Below, one piece after another: positions 13,009 to 26,422 of a stretch of DNA of 64,000 nucleotides (within the stretch, counting starts at the first letter, position 1; each line of letters begins with the position of its first letter). Origin of the DNA: Euprymna scolopes (Eukaryota); the NCBI GenBank assembly GCA_053919585.1, contig CM132807.1; one strand, given 5' to 3'. Both the position numbers and the translations under genes were made by a program. Under the pieces are notes generated by a model. The model did not search any database. It saw nothing but the letters and a program-made list of their open reading frames with translations, and had not been told where the DNA came from.

Positions 13009-15423
13009 GTGATATATATATAAGCGTGGTAAATATATACATACATTCTTTATGTAACTGTGCAAATTGATGCGTACGTATTATACACACACAAATATAT
13101 ATATATATATTTGTTTATTTATTTATACATATGTGTATATATATGCGTGTGTTTGTGCGTGTGTTTGTATGTAGAGCAGCTTTATCCTAGATGTTTGCCC
13201 TATTAGAACACTCAAACGCTGTTCCTAGACTATCGCTATTTCTGATACACTCTCCTTGTGGCTATCATGTACTGTGTACTGTTTTTTTTCTCCCTCAGAT
13301 TACCGACTCATCTGCTCGCTTTGACACCGGACTTTGGACTCAAATGTTACGTCGCTCTGTGATGATATTTTTTATATTCCCGTTATTTCCATTGGTGTAT
13401 TAAATATATGCATTGTCTATTGTTTCACTCTTTAACTGATATCTTCCTAAATATATCTCGGTCGTCTTCTGCATTCTGTAAGACATTTGGTGGGAATACC
13501 GAATTCTTAACATTTTGATCCATTTTACGTGTGTGCAACCCATTGAACATTTTCTTCCTGGCGTTTCCAGCGGATATCTAACAATCTAATTTTAGAGTGT
13601 TTTGTCATGTTCAGATTTGACACTAAATCTCGAGATAATATGCTGCTTTTTAAGAAGTACACACTCTTACACCTGCACACATCTTGGGAATCAGAGACAG
13701 ATGTTCAGTAGCTACACACAATAAAAATCTTCATAATTATAACATCAATTAAGAAATGATCTCTTCAGAAAACTAAGCATTTCATTACACATGTCCATAT
13801 CTGAATGTAGACTAATAAGTAATAGGCACATTTTAATTATCTTATTTATATATATATTTTTTTATTTCAACGAAACAATACAATAAAAAGTAGATATTAA
13901 ATCTAGAAGCAGGAGCAGAGCGAACGTTTAAAAGTTAAGATAACCTGCGCTTGGTTTTTGTGAGGTCAAAAATTTTATTTTTATAATCTTTCACAGTTTT
14001 TTTATACGGCAAATTCTATAAAAATGCATATTAAAATGATTCAATGGGATCATTCTATTCAACTACAGATTAAAACTTGTCGGATTACACANNNNNNNNN
14101 NNNNNNNNNNNNNNNNNNNNNNNNNNNNNNNNNNNNNNNNNNNNNNNNNNNNNNNNNNNNNNNNNNNNNNNNNNNNNNNNNNNNNNNNNNNNNNNNNNNN
14201 NNNNNNNNNNNNNNNNNNNNNNNGCACACATCAAGGCCCCCCTGAATACAACCGTACTCCATTTTGCCAATTAGTTGTCAAAGACAATCGTTAATAAATT
14301 CACTTCATAGAAGTCTTTGAAAAGGTCATTGTTTAAAAAAAAAAACTGGTTTACTGATTGAAGGATAGTACTTTATAGTTTAAAATTGAAGAGAGACCCA
14401 TTTCATGTTTCTATTTTACACACACGCCCACATACATCATCAGAATCCGGATAGAGGATATAACATGGTCTTACGACAATGGTTTTATGATAATTGGAAG
14501 TACAAGTAGCTTTAAGTGCAATAAATAGATTAGCGCCTAAATGAAAAGGAAATTGTAACATAAAAAAGTGAGCAGATGTTAGTGAATTGTTGATTTTCAT
14601 AATAGTTTATACAGGAACGTTCACATAACATATACAAATATTATGTTTATATATACATATATATATACATACATACATGCGTGCAATATATATACATTTA
14701 CGTATGCGTCTACACACATTGATACAAAAATTAACAGAAAAAAACTCAGACATTGATATGAACAAGTACACACATGCAGAAATTAAATTATAGAAATAGA
14801 TTCATGAACATAGCAATACAATCTCACCACAGTATTCTGATTAAAGAAAAAAAGTTATCTATTAAACTCTAAAAAACTGTAAAGACAACGCAACGTTTAA
14901 TGTTTAATTAAATATACGAATTAAAAAAAATATCAGAAACAGTTTGAAAAGTGAGGAATATAGAGATAAAATAACGTGCATAACAAAAATATATTTATAT
15001 TTAATAGTAAGGATTGAAAATCAAAACAATTTGTATGCAAACTGACAAATTTAAAGGGTTTTCAGTAGTTTGAAGTTTGTTTAAATTACGTAACAACGGA
15101 ATTATGTAAATAAAGATAATTACAAAATATTAAGCGTATTATAAGTGTTATCCTCAGATTTTAAAGAAACGGTTGTCATTACAAAAAGAGGGTGTGCATA
15201 TGACCATTCAACATAAAATTATATGCGAGTGGCATTGGCATTGGGTGAATGGATAGCAACGCATGGGATTGTTGAAAACCACGCATTATTGTGGATATTT
15301 GTATCTTAAATAAGTCTGAGTTAAAAAGCTAGGATTAAGGGCGTGAGAAAAAAGAATTTAATAATACAAGAAACGTATAGTGTACATAAGAGAAGCCTTA
15401 AAAGTGGTAATTAACTAATACCG

Positions 15424-15545
15424 ATCTATCTAACCGTCCATCTATCTATCTATCCATTAATCTATCTATGTATTAATCTGCTATCTATCTTTCTATCTAT
15501 CTATCTATCAATCTGTCTATCTATCTATCTATCCATCAATCTAGA
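15424..15545. repeat. (TCTA)n microsatellite, imperfect
   Basis: Visible directly in the sequence. Confidence 0.9.
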
Positions 15546-15917
15546 AATAAGTGGACGAGACTAGTGATCCTGATAAAATAAGTAATATTACGAATTATTT
15601 ATCGTTTAGAGAAATAAATTGGCCACTTAAATGTTTCCAAAAACGCTTTTTACTTTATTATCATTTCAATTAATGAATTTATTTGCCCTTAAATAAAAAT
15701 CGTGGTTTACAGAAAAGAAGAAATTCAAAACTGTTTATCTTGTCTAAGCTAAAACTTATATATATCGAATTAATAAAAAAAGCAAATATAATGATCTAGT
15801 TTATATAATATAGTATTACATTTAAAACTGACACCTAAGAGCTAATATCACTTTTCGTATTGGTTATTCGTATTATTTGGATTCATCGGACTAAAGTTCT
15901 TATCTTGAGGGTGGTTT

Positions 15918-15962
15918 TAACAACGTTTCGCTCGATTTAACATCCGACTTCTTCAGGTGTAT
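15918..15962 (-). ncRNA. Degenerate minimal type I hammerhead ribozyme motif
   Basis: Minus strand acac-CTGAAGA-a-gtcgg-atgttaaa-tcgagc-GAAA-cg-TT-gt. Core boxes are intact and stem III is the ACGT palindrome. Stems I and II are imperfect. Confidence 0.55.
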
Positions 15963-16097
15963 CTTTGCAAACTCGGGAATGTTTCTGTTCATCTCAGGAA
16001 TTTGAATGGAATTTCGAGCGGAGCTCTTTATTAAATTAACGGGAATAGCGTGCCCTTTTTCCGTCAGCCATTACTGTAGAGATGTCCTAACTACTTT

Positions 16098-16175
16098 TCA
16101 ATTGTATTTTAGGTCGCCCACACCGAGGATTGAACCTTCAAGCTTCAGCACTACCCCGTGGCGCTGTAGTTAGAA
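16098..16175 (-). mobile_element. tRNA-derived SINE-like head; related copy at about 11505-11555
   Basis: Minus strand B box ggttcaatcct followed by cggtgtgggcgacctaaaatacaatt. The copy near 11505 reads ggttcaatcctcaacgtgggtgacacgaaatatacaatt. Confidence 0.5.
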
Positions 16176-16280
16176 TACTTGGAAAAATCCATTGTAAAAA
16201 GTGATATTCTCCTGAAGGCTGAAGTTTCAACTCAAGTTTTCCTCAATGGTTGTATATCTAAGAACATATGATAAAATACG

Positions 16281-17899
16281 GATGTACCTCATGGCTCAAT
16301 GCTTTGGCGTTTAGTATTTCTAATATTTATAAATGACACCTTGTAAAGTTGTCTCTGTACTTGGATATATTTTATGATTGCATCACACTCTGTCAAAGAC
16401 ACTAGGGAAAAACGAGTGAACACAAATCAAAACCAGTGTCAGAAACAATAGAGGAAGACCTCCAATTTGTAGTTGATTGGGACAAAAATGAATGGTCTGA
16501 TTCACTGCTGTAAAAACTAAGCTTTCCTTCTGTAATAACTAGTGTCGCGCCCGATATTGCCTGGGGGTTCGGAAAACAGTGTTAGTAAGCAGATAGGCTC
16601 GAACCCGTGACACTAAGGCGGAAAAGAAAGTGAAAGATAGCTGAGGTTTTACCGCCACGCGATGAGGTGAGAGGAAGTTAAATAGCGTTGAATTTTAATA
16701 ATTAAAAAATTGACTTGCAGAGATTACTTATAGTAGGCGCAGAACTGAACGTCTGGCTTGTGGCCAGACATGTTTCTCGCTGTATTTGTTACACATGTTG
16801 TTTGGGAAAACCAGCCCCTCTAAAAAGGTGGAACTCTCAAATGAATATAAATTGTCGGATGTGACGTGTATGTTCAAAGCTAATTCTTTCAAGACGTGTC
16901 TGGCAGGAAAGCCAGGCGACCTACTTCGCTTCGATTAGTTTTGCTTTATTTATACGAAAATGACCAACAGACACGCGAAAGGACGGAATAGAGAAGAGTT
17001 TATAGAAGTCGATATAAAGATGACGTGCATTCGCAAATTGTAGATATTATGATCTAGAGAGTATATTAAAAGTTAAAAGTAGTAACCCTCTCATGACCCC
17101 CTCCCCGAAAAAAGCCTTTTTTTGACATAAAAAAACTTGCGCGACACTTTTGCCTTTTATATATGAAGATTACAAGACATTTACTAAACCGACAAAGGTA
17201 CAACCACTAATACATTATCTTAAAGTAGTTTATTCAAACTCCTCATCCTAACGTTTACAGGGAACATGGGTTGGAAGATACATCGAGGGCATTGCCCCAT
17301 GTGCTGAGAGGAAATTGGGATCTCTTATCCGTGGCAGAAAGTTAGTTACGCCTCTACAAATCCGTGGAAGAAAGTTAGTTACACCTCTATAAATCAACTA
17401 TTCCACTATATGTTGGTGCACTTTCTTCTTGTCTCTCACGCATGGACACCATTCTAAAGAGATTTGCTAAACTAATTGATCCTTAACTATCAGCTGGACT
17501 TCGGGCTCTGTCCAATCGTCCAAATGTTGCATCCCCCTGCCTCTATTAGAAATATTTTAATGGTAGATTCTCCGAGGAACTAAACGTTTTTGTACCCCAC
17601 CAACAAATTAGACAAGCAGTAAAGCCTCACCCCTACACAGTACAGATCGCCAGATGCACGAACGCCTTTTAATCAAATAGTTTCTTCCCAGAATTGTAAG
17701 ACTTTGGAATTCACTTCAGCGTTCATGTTACCCATACTGTACTGAGATGCAGAATTTCGCGTGTCATGTGAATCGACCTTTTTTCTGCTATACTCTCTAA
17801 ATAGTGTCCCTGAAATTATGACCCTGATCAGATAGGAGCCATTTAGCTCAAAGTGCGGCAAGTCCTTCTGTTGGGGTGTAAAGGCAGTAAAAAAGAAAA
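16281..17899 (+). mobile_element. 5'-truncated CR1-type LINE (subfamily A), split by a Helitron at 16539-17169
   Basis: DVPHGSMLWRLVFLIFIND (degenerate GVPQGS motif), ETIEEDLQFVVDWDK, then post-RT sequence homologous to 21.6-22.4 kb. Ends in an A-rich tail. Many stops. Confidence 0.85.
16539..17169 (-). mobile_element. Non-autonomous Helitron, 631 bp
   Basis: Minus strand begins A|TCTTCATATATAAAAGG and ends cccaggcaatatcggg (hairpin) cgcgaca-CTAG|T. No target duplication. Removing it restores the CR1 frame KTKLSFCNNYKT. Confidence 0.9.
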
Positions 17900-18929
17900 T
17901 TTACCACTTCTAAGGAGAAAATGTAGGATATGTGTTGCTTCAGGAGTAGTAGGTATTTGATAAAATTATGTAGTGATCAATCAAGCAAAGTGTACAATTG
18001 TGCATAGAACGTATTTTGATGATTAACTATTCTAATTAAATTTTCTAAGCAATCACGGGACACCTTTATGTTTATAACTTATCGTGCCGTCTTATATACC
18101 AAGGTGTTACTTATTTGTGCTTGACCCACTTCAAGGCATTAGTAGAGGGAGATAAAAAGATAAGACTATGATTGTATTATGTTTGGTTTCGTTTTTCGAA
18201 CAGTTTAGTTTTAATGAATTCAATTTTTTAATAAACATCTAATAGCGTAGTTATTCTGAAGGAATATAGTTATGCACACCATAATATAATTAGACCCCCC
18301 ACCTTAGTGTTACAGTATTAAGTGGCATTTACTTGTACAGTGTGTGTTTCAAATCTTTTAACAAAATACAACGCACTTCACATCTCATCAGGTGAAATAA
18401 AGTATAAACATAGATTCTCAAACTCAGCACAAATGAATTAGTAACAGATTCTATTAATAGTGCAAGTATCCTTCCGGCTTATTTTGCTATTCTTATTCTT
18501 TTCATAACATAAGGAACTCTAGTTCGCATATTATTTATTTATGTTTTAATTTAAGGTATGTTAATTTTACTTTAAAATCTACAAGTCATGGGTAGCACAT
18601 TTCTAAATGTAAATGCCTTTAGTGCATTTTTATATAGACTAGTTATAACAAAGGTTGATTTAATTAACTCCTTATGTCTGTATAAAAATAACATACAGCC
18701 AAAACATATATAAATTGCTTTGTCTTCAAATGAAATGTTAACCTCAATCACTTGGTGAATTTCTTTTGTACATCTGTTTCATCAATAAAGCCCGGGGGCA
18801 TAGCCAGGTTCTGTTTGATAATTCTTTGTATAAGTGTTCACATATATTTTAAATTTTTAGCAGTTTTCTTGCCTACATTAAACATTTGAACTACAGCAAT
18901 ACCTACGCAAAGACATACCCGCACACACA

Positions 18930-18960
18930 TTCAGGCACACACACACACGCCCACACACAT

Positions 18961-19003
<43 letters not shown>

Positions 19004-19140
19004 ATACAGAGAAAGGTGTATATGGGTTCAATAATCGTACTCTTTATTATCAATTAAACTATCTGTCTATCTCTCTCGATATATATATATATACATATAG
19101 ATAGATAGATAGATAGATAGATATAGATATAGATATAGAT
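18930..19140. repeat. Compound (CA)n/(TA)n/(TAGA)n microsatellites
   Basis: Visible directly in the sequence. Confidence 0.9.
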
Positions 19141-20380
19141 AAAAATACATGGTCGTGGTACTGTTTTGGACAATAAAGTATGTCTTACTCAGAAGAAATT
19201 CGGATCGGAATTGAAGAGATGAGGTACTTCTAATTCTTTTGAACAATAGCACATGTTAAAATTTTGAAGGGGAGGGGGCGGTGTTATGTGACAGACATTT
19301 GAAGTGAAGACAGAAAAAAGGAAACGATGGGAAAATAAAGGAGAGAAGGAGAGAAAAGGAGGACAAAATCAATGTAATCAATATTGGCAATATAAGTAAG
19401 AATAGGAAAGAATAAACAGAAAATCATGACACACATGAGGGTAAACGTAAATTAATAATTTATAGATGGAGGTAGGGAGAGTAAAATTCCAGTCTATCAA
19501 TTTAATATTCATCGGTATCATTCCCGATATAAATTTCGAAACATTCTGTTTTTCTAGCTCTAACAAAAATTAAACATCACTCGTTCAAGTTAGCATTTTC
19601 TTACAGTGATTTATACAACATTGCTATTTATGGCATACAAGTATACGCTGTTATGATCCTGGGATAATGCATAGACGTAATGTGCGCAAATCCTTAAGAT
19701 TTCATGCTAAGTAATTAAAGTACACAATTTTAAAGCCAAGTTTATTATAATATGGCCAGTTTATCTCGTGGAATCTTATCAAATTCCCCGTCTTCTATTA
19801 TATACTCAGATATATGCGGTTTAAAACTTTATATTTGATAAAGTAACCTCCTAATAACCTTACCTACACGGATAATCATATTGCCAGACTATATAAGAAA
19901 GTCAACAGGTAACAATACGTATGTATATTGACTGTAATGTATAAAAGTGAACAGGCTTTATCTTTTTGACATAGCATTCATTGTTAAAATAGAAAAAGCG
20001 CACGCGGCTCCGGCCACTTTTGTGATATTAAGAGCGTGATTAAAGATGGGAATGAATTAATACTGTATTTAGTTTTGATTTTAATGATTTAAAATAATGT
20101 CTAAGAATCTGAAAGCAAAGTAATTGTGATTTGTTGAAGTCAGGTAGGGTATACTATTGTTATAACAAAACTATATAATAACACATTATGTTATAAATAA
20201 TAAACGAATCATGTTTCGTTGGGTTTTTCTAAAGTAATCAAACAATATTTTGTAATTCGCAAAAAAAAGCACTGCAATCGTATTGGTTTATATTTTTTTT
20301 ACCTGCTTTTCAATTGGATGTAAAATATTCCTCATGTTCAAATAAAAAAAAGATATGCACGTGTAAAAGGTTTTACACTC

Positions 20381-20962
20381 ATCACAATAAAAATTAGATG
20401 TGAAAATTATTACTAATCACAATAAAAATTAGATGTGAAAATTATTACTAATCACAATAAAAATTAGATGTGAAAATTATTACTAATCACAATAAAAATT
20501 AGATGTGAAAATTATTACTAATCTCAATAAAAATTAGATGTGAAAATTATTACTAATCACAATAAAAGTTAGATGTGAAAATTATTACTAATCACAATAA
20601 AAATTAGATGTGAAAATTATTACTAATCACAATAAAAATTAGATGTGAAAATTATTACTAATCACAATAAAAATTAGATGTGAAAATTATTACTAATCAC
20701 AATAAAAGTTAGATGTGAAAATTATTACTAATCACAATAAAAGTTAGATGTGAAAATTATTACTAATCACAATAAAAGTTAGATGTGAAAATTATTACTA
20801 ATCACAATAAAAAATAGATGTGAAAATTATTACTAATCACAATAAAAATTAGATGTGAAAATTATTACTAATCACAATAAAAATTAGATGTAAAAATTAT
20901 TACTAATCACAATAAAAATTAGATGTGAAAATTATTACTAATCACAATAAAAATTAGATGTG
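20381..20962. repeat. 35 bp minisatellite, about 16.6 copies
   Basis: Unit atcacaataaaaattagatgtgaaaattattacta, starting at 20381, 20416, 20451 and onward, with few variants. Confidence 0.98.
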
Positions 20963-21401
20963 ACTTCTTATAAAAATGCAATTACCGCTTAGCTTTGTTT
21001 TACTTACACACAAAGAAAAATAATCTGGACTTTATTTTCCAAATATAACACATATCTAGATATTTTACCTATGCCTGCTTTAGCATTAAGATTAATTCAT
21101 TTTATTTGGAAGTTTACAAGACTTGGATAAAATGTGACTTCATTTATATAGACCACATGTAATTAATCTTGATTAAATCGTGTGCTTATGCCTGTTTACA
21201 AGATAAAAAAAAACTATTGTTTTGTTTTTTCAACGAAAATTCTAGGCTCCACAAATGTCGGTCTTTTGATAAGGATGCATGGTTTGTAAGTATAATCCGG
21301 GACAATTCAAGTTTCTGTTTCGTAATCTTTAGTAAAATGTGCACGTATATACTCTACATAATGAGGTGCATGGTTTTTAAATATTAAACCTTTAAGCGTT
21401 G

Positions 21402-21457
<56 letters not shown>

Positions 21458-21594
21458 TGCAGAGGATCTGGTCCTGTATAGAGGAAAATATATTGATTCC
21501 AGAAGTCTGAGCAATTTCTTATATTTTGCGTATAAATTTCTATGATTTCATTGAAATGCTCTCGACTAAACACCCCAAACAAGGCACATTGCAA

Positions 21595-22410
21595 CTTTGG
21601 TGTAGGGGGCTACTATCATGGTCAACGGCTACTGGGGTACTATGTAGGGAGTTCTTCAGCAAGATGTCGGTTCACGTTACACTTGAACTTCTGCATGTCA
21701 GTACATTTGGGGAAGAAGGGACCTGGGAAGGAATTCCATAGTCTACCGGTTCTGGAGTAGAAAGTACTAGAGTGGAAAGAACTTTTACATCTAGGGATCT
21801 CTACTGTGTGGGGGTAGGATTAAGCTTCTTGTCGAGTTTGTCGAGGGTGTTTACGTCGTGAGGCCACAAGTGTCTGTAGTTCATCAAAGCATTTACCATT
21901 AAAATACTTGTAGAACAGGCAGAGGGATGCAACATTTCGTCGCTGAGACAAAGGCTAAAGCTTAAATGGCAGTTCAGGACCTATCAGATTGGCGACTCTC
22001 TTTTGAACCTTATCTAGGAGCGAGAGACTAGTAGCAGATGCACCAGTCCAAACATCAAACCAATACGCCATATATTGGTTAATGGTGGCCTTGTAGAAGT
22101 ACATGATACTTTCGGGTGTTAGTAGTTTTCTAGCCCGGTAGAGAGAACCTACCTTCTTCGCAGCGGTGCTGGCAATGCTTTCAATGTAATTGTTCCAACT
22201 CATGTTTCCTGTGAGCGTTGGGGCAAGAAGTTTGAAAGATGTACTTTCAGATAAAGAATCATTGGCCATTATTATTGGCGGTAGGGAAGGTTTCTTGTAC
22301 GTATTGAAGGATACCAGTTTAGTCTTGGCAGCATTGAATGTGGCCATCCATTTTTGCCGCCATTCCACTACAGATTGGAGGTCATTCTCTAGTGTTTCTG
22401 CAATTTCATA
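21595..22410 (-). mobile_element. 5'-truncated CR1-type LINE (subfamily A)
   Basis: ORF 21955-22413 ETLENDLQSVVEWRQKWMATFNAAKTK...SWNNYIESIASTAAKKVGSLYRARKLL...LDKVQKRVANLIG is the RT thumb/C-terminal region. 3' UTR follows. Confidence 0.9.
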
Positions 22411-22859
22411 CACATGTAAAATTTAAAACATGTTAAGATGAGAACATCTACAGTGCCACTTATTGAAACACTGCTAGTTAATACGTATGGTCGCATACAT
22501 GGCACTATGCATTACTTAATACATAAGACACAATTAATTCAAGTATACAAAACCACAATCCAAAGATACACAGAACTTAATATGTAATGTATAATGTCTT
22601 CAAATCATTAAATCCTTGCATACGTTTTATTATAAGCCCCTGGTTAGGGCATATTTTTAGCGCAATATAAACCACTAGTTTATTTAAATGTATGCTATTA
22701 TATGTATTATTTTAGACTCACAATCCGATATATTGCAATACAAAGGAATACGACTGGAAATTAAATATTTAAAATAATATACAACTCATAAGAGAGTGAA
22801 AAAAAATACAAATTGAATTTAATCAGCATAATGTTAAGGTTTTATCGTTATAACTTTAC

Positions 22860-24079
22860 GGTATTCATTGACTTTGTGTGACGGAGCCAATTATAGCGTT
22901 AAGCTGCCCATCGACAGACGGATTATGGGGTTCATGGTCGAAGACAAAAAGTCTCCAGAATCTTTGATCCACGGATATGACTCGTATACTCCGATTAAAC
23001 GTCGACCTGTCTGGTTTGGCAATGTAGTTGATCAGGATTGAACAGATATAAGTTCTTATACTTAATAAAATAAATTCACACGCTGTAAGTTGTAACGTTG
23101 TTCCTGAACTTAGCGCCCCTATTGTCTAGAGGAAACATAACTTGTCCGCACCAGTTAATATGATTTTGCTGCGCATGTGTCAATTTTCAGCATCGATCCC
23201 GAACAGTTTATGAAACAAAAAATCTAGGTAATGCACTAAGATACAAAACCGTTTCAATAGTTTAATTATATATTGTAAACAACTATCGACGCCGACCAAT
23301 GAAAATAGTGAAGGAAAATTAACTGGGCAAAAAATAGTTGGAGTGAATGAATGTTTCCATTTAACTTCCGGCAAATTCGACCAGCGAGTTTATTGCTATG
23401 TCTTTTCTCCTCTTATTAGTATTCTTTTTCACTCATTTTTTTTCTGAGGGCATCAGCAAGGAAGAGTTTTCCGATCGAAGGAGGTGCTAAACCAGTCTTT
23501 AATTGTTTGATTGTCTTTCAAATCCTGTCTCCCTATTTATATATACAATGCCTGTATCAGGAAATTTTAATCCAGACGTCATGTCTGTCGCTTCAAAGAT
23601 TCCGCCGTTCATTAGAAGGCTTCTTGTAAGGCGGTTGACATCAAAATTTTCCAGGAATTGTCAGCTTCAGTTCCAGCGAATTGAGTCTACGTCCCTATCA
23701 ATCGGTTCAGTTCTCGATTCGACCCTTTCTTACTCCAGCTGTTGGCCCCTGTTCTGTTTTTTCCTCCTATTGAATAATCCGATCGGGCACAACTTTTTTA
23801 AAGTCGGTAAATGTGGTGTGTTGGAACAATGCAATTTCTCGGCTGGCAAATCAACAGCCGAAAGTCATTTATCGACTGTTTGCTCATTGGCCATCGATTC
23901 TTGGGATTTTCCTTCGCACACTAAAACCTCATTAACGGCGTAAGAGTAACCCGGTTCAATCATTGGCTTTAAACTTCCTGTTAATGCTCGAGAATCCCAG
24001 CCAAAACACTAACTTCTCACCGTTCGAAGAGTAAAACCAGCGACAAAAAATCAGTTTCCGTTTTCGTTTGGATATTACG
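22860..24079 (-). mobile_element. Probable L1/Tx1-type LINE relic (ORF1 remnant plus APE endonuclease start)
   Basis: Coding-like composition with many stops. Minus strand has RRLIGVYE and atgggcagcttaacgctataatt, a frameshifted MG(DF)NAII motif. Truncated by an assembly gap. Confidence 0.4.
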
Positions 24080-24769
24080 NNNNNNNNNNNNNNNNNNNNN
24101 NNNNNNNNNNNNNNNNNNNNNNNNNNNNNNNNNNNNNNNNNNNNNNNNNNNNNNNNNNNNNNNNNNNNNNNNNNNNNNNNNNNNNNNNNNNNNNNNNNNN
24201 NNNNNNNNNNNNNNNNNNNNNNTGCTAGCACTAAAAACCCTCCCTATTAACGATCAGTTTTCTCAAATCCTTAAGTAAAAACCACCAATGTTCTCTCGGT
24301 GCCATCAACACAGAGGAAGACCGCTTGTAATATACATTACCAGAGCCCCTAAGAGTTATACTTTTTTGGCTTATTTACTATTTTATAGAACAAGAATTAA
24401 CGTGTGTTGAGAAGATAAGGAGAGAAAAATGCACGCAATAGAAATAACGCAGTTTTTCATTGCTTGATTTTACCGATGTTTACATAAAGACGAATACGTA
24501 TTATTTAATATGGTTTTTGCTAAATATGTGAAGATATTGTAAATAGTGTATACATAATGAAATGTGTACAAGAAGTCTGTTTTTTAGAATAGATTTTAAA
24601 AAAAGTTTTTTTTAACTGGGTTCCTCTCTATTATAATTTAAAGTTCACGAAAATCATATATTGAATTCTTTTTATATGATAAGGTCGTTAATGCAATTTT
24701 CGTAATTGCACACGTATATGCCCCCATATTTCGTCATTAAAACTCTCTCAAGAAAACAAAAACTATAAA

Positions 24770-24838
<69 letters not shown>

Positions 24839-25484
24839 TATATATACAATCAAAAGTACCCATCATTGACTGGGTTCAAAACAGTCTACAGAAAATGGAC
24901 TCGCATTTATTAAAGTATGGTATGTTATGAATAGGAAGTGTTGTGAAGAAATAGCTTCGTATGTGGGGGTATCAAAACAAAAGCAAAATATGATGGAAGT
25001 AAACATAAAACCGATAAACCCCAGAATTTATTATACCATACATGTTCACACTGACCCACTTATCAGACGATGCTGTGGATCTATATTAAAACCCTTGTAA
25101 AACTTTGTGACATATTTCCATTCTATGGAAGTCAGGTGCGAACGAACACCCCACGCTTTTATTATACCATATTTCTTCAAACTGAAACATAATTATCAAA
25201 GTCTACTTACGCAGATAGATATGAAAAGTGTTTATTAAAGTGGGTGCCTATTTCCATTCTATGTATTAACAAAAAATGTATTTTTTTAATATATATACGC
25301 AACTTTTATTCAGATGAAATCTCCAGTGTGTATTTAAATTCTCCAACTGGCGTCATAATACGAACATTACCAGAATCGAAACAAAATTACGATTATTAGT
25401 AATAAAAATGTCCTGATAAAAACAAACAGGCACACACACACACACATAAATATATATATGCATATATGCATATATTTAGATATA

Positions 25485-26422
25485 TCCCCTAAAATAATAT
25501 ATAAGCGAAAATGTATGTATGTATGTATGTATGTGTTTGTGTATATGTGTGTGTCTGCAAAAAACTTTCGATTGACACGACACAAATTCACAAACTCAGT
25601 ATCATATTGACGATCGATTCTTCGCTCAAACATATCGAAAAATTGGCCAAAAACGTTCATTTTTTCACCCCGAAATCGACAATTTTTGACAGGGGTGGGG
25701 CTTCCACAAAAAACGGTCCTCTCGACCGGTTCTACGCATACGTCTGATGACGTCATAATCTGATTTACTTTAAATAGTTGGAAAACTGAACAAATTTCGT
25801 GTACGTCGCGTTAGCTCAGTTGATTAGCGCGTTGGTTCATTATCTTAACATTTTGGTTTCGAATCGTGGTGTGCGATGTCTTTTTTTTTTCGATTTTTAA
25901 ATTCAAATATTGAACCAGTATTATTTAAGCCATTTCTCACGTAACGTTCGTTTTTCTGTTATTTTTTTTACTTCGCTTATCCACCCCCGACAACACACCC
26001 AAAAACACTCGGGTACTCACCGATTTTTTAAATTTTAATATCGAAACAGGCTTATTTAAGCCATTTTTCACGTGTTCGTTTTTCTGTTTTCATCGTTCGC
26101 TTGACTTAAGTTAGTTTTTTTTTTGCGTTTTTCTCCCTGCTCAATTATTAACTTTGATTTCTTTTTTTACTTCGCTTATAACAAACAAACCTACGTCGTC
26201 GTCGTTGTCGTAACGCTCGACGACTTTCGGCCGCGCACCTGTCAATTTCGTTCTTACTGAAATTAATTGAAACATCTTTCACGAACTCATTCTGGCTGGC
26301 CGATTTTATTTTCAAACTTCGCCTCAGGGCTTTGGGGTCGATCCTACCCCCCGGTTTCTTTTTTTATTTAACACCACACACATCCTACAAACATCCGGGC
26401 ATAGCCGGGTACGCCCCGCTAG
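25485..26422 (+). mobile_element. Non-autonomous Helitron (Lep1/HINE-like architecture), about 940 bp
   Basis: A|TC start, then taatatataagcgaaa and (ATGT)n. Internal duplications. 3' hairpin ccgggcatagccgg about 10 nt before CTAG|T. Confidence 0.8.
25805..25876 (+). pseudogene. tRNA-like sequence inside the Helitron
   Basis: A box tagctcagttgatt, B-box-like gtttcgaatc, termini tcgcg/tgcga pair, tRNA length, followed by a T run. Arms are degenerate. Confidence 0.65.

Noticed and set aside
20381-20962. CRISPR-like periodicity here and at 51477-51877
   Set aside because: Units are head-to-tail with no unique spacers, there are no cas genes, and the context is eukaryotic.
23503-23943. 146 aa plus-strand ORF
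   Set aside because: No recognisable domain. Better explained as antisense to the minus-strand LINE relic.
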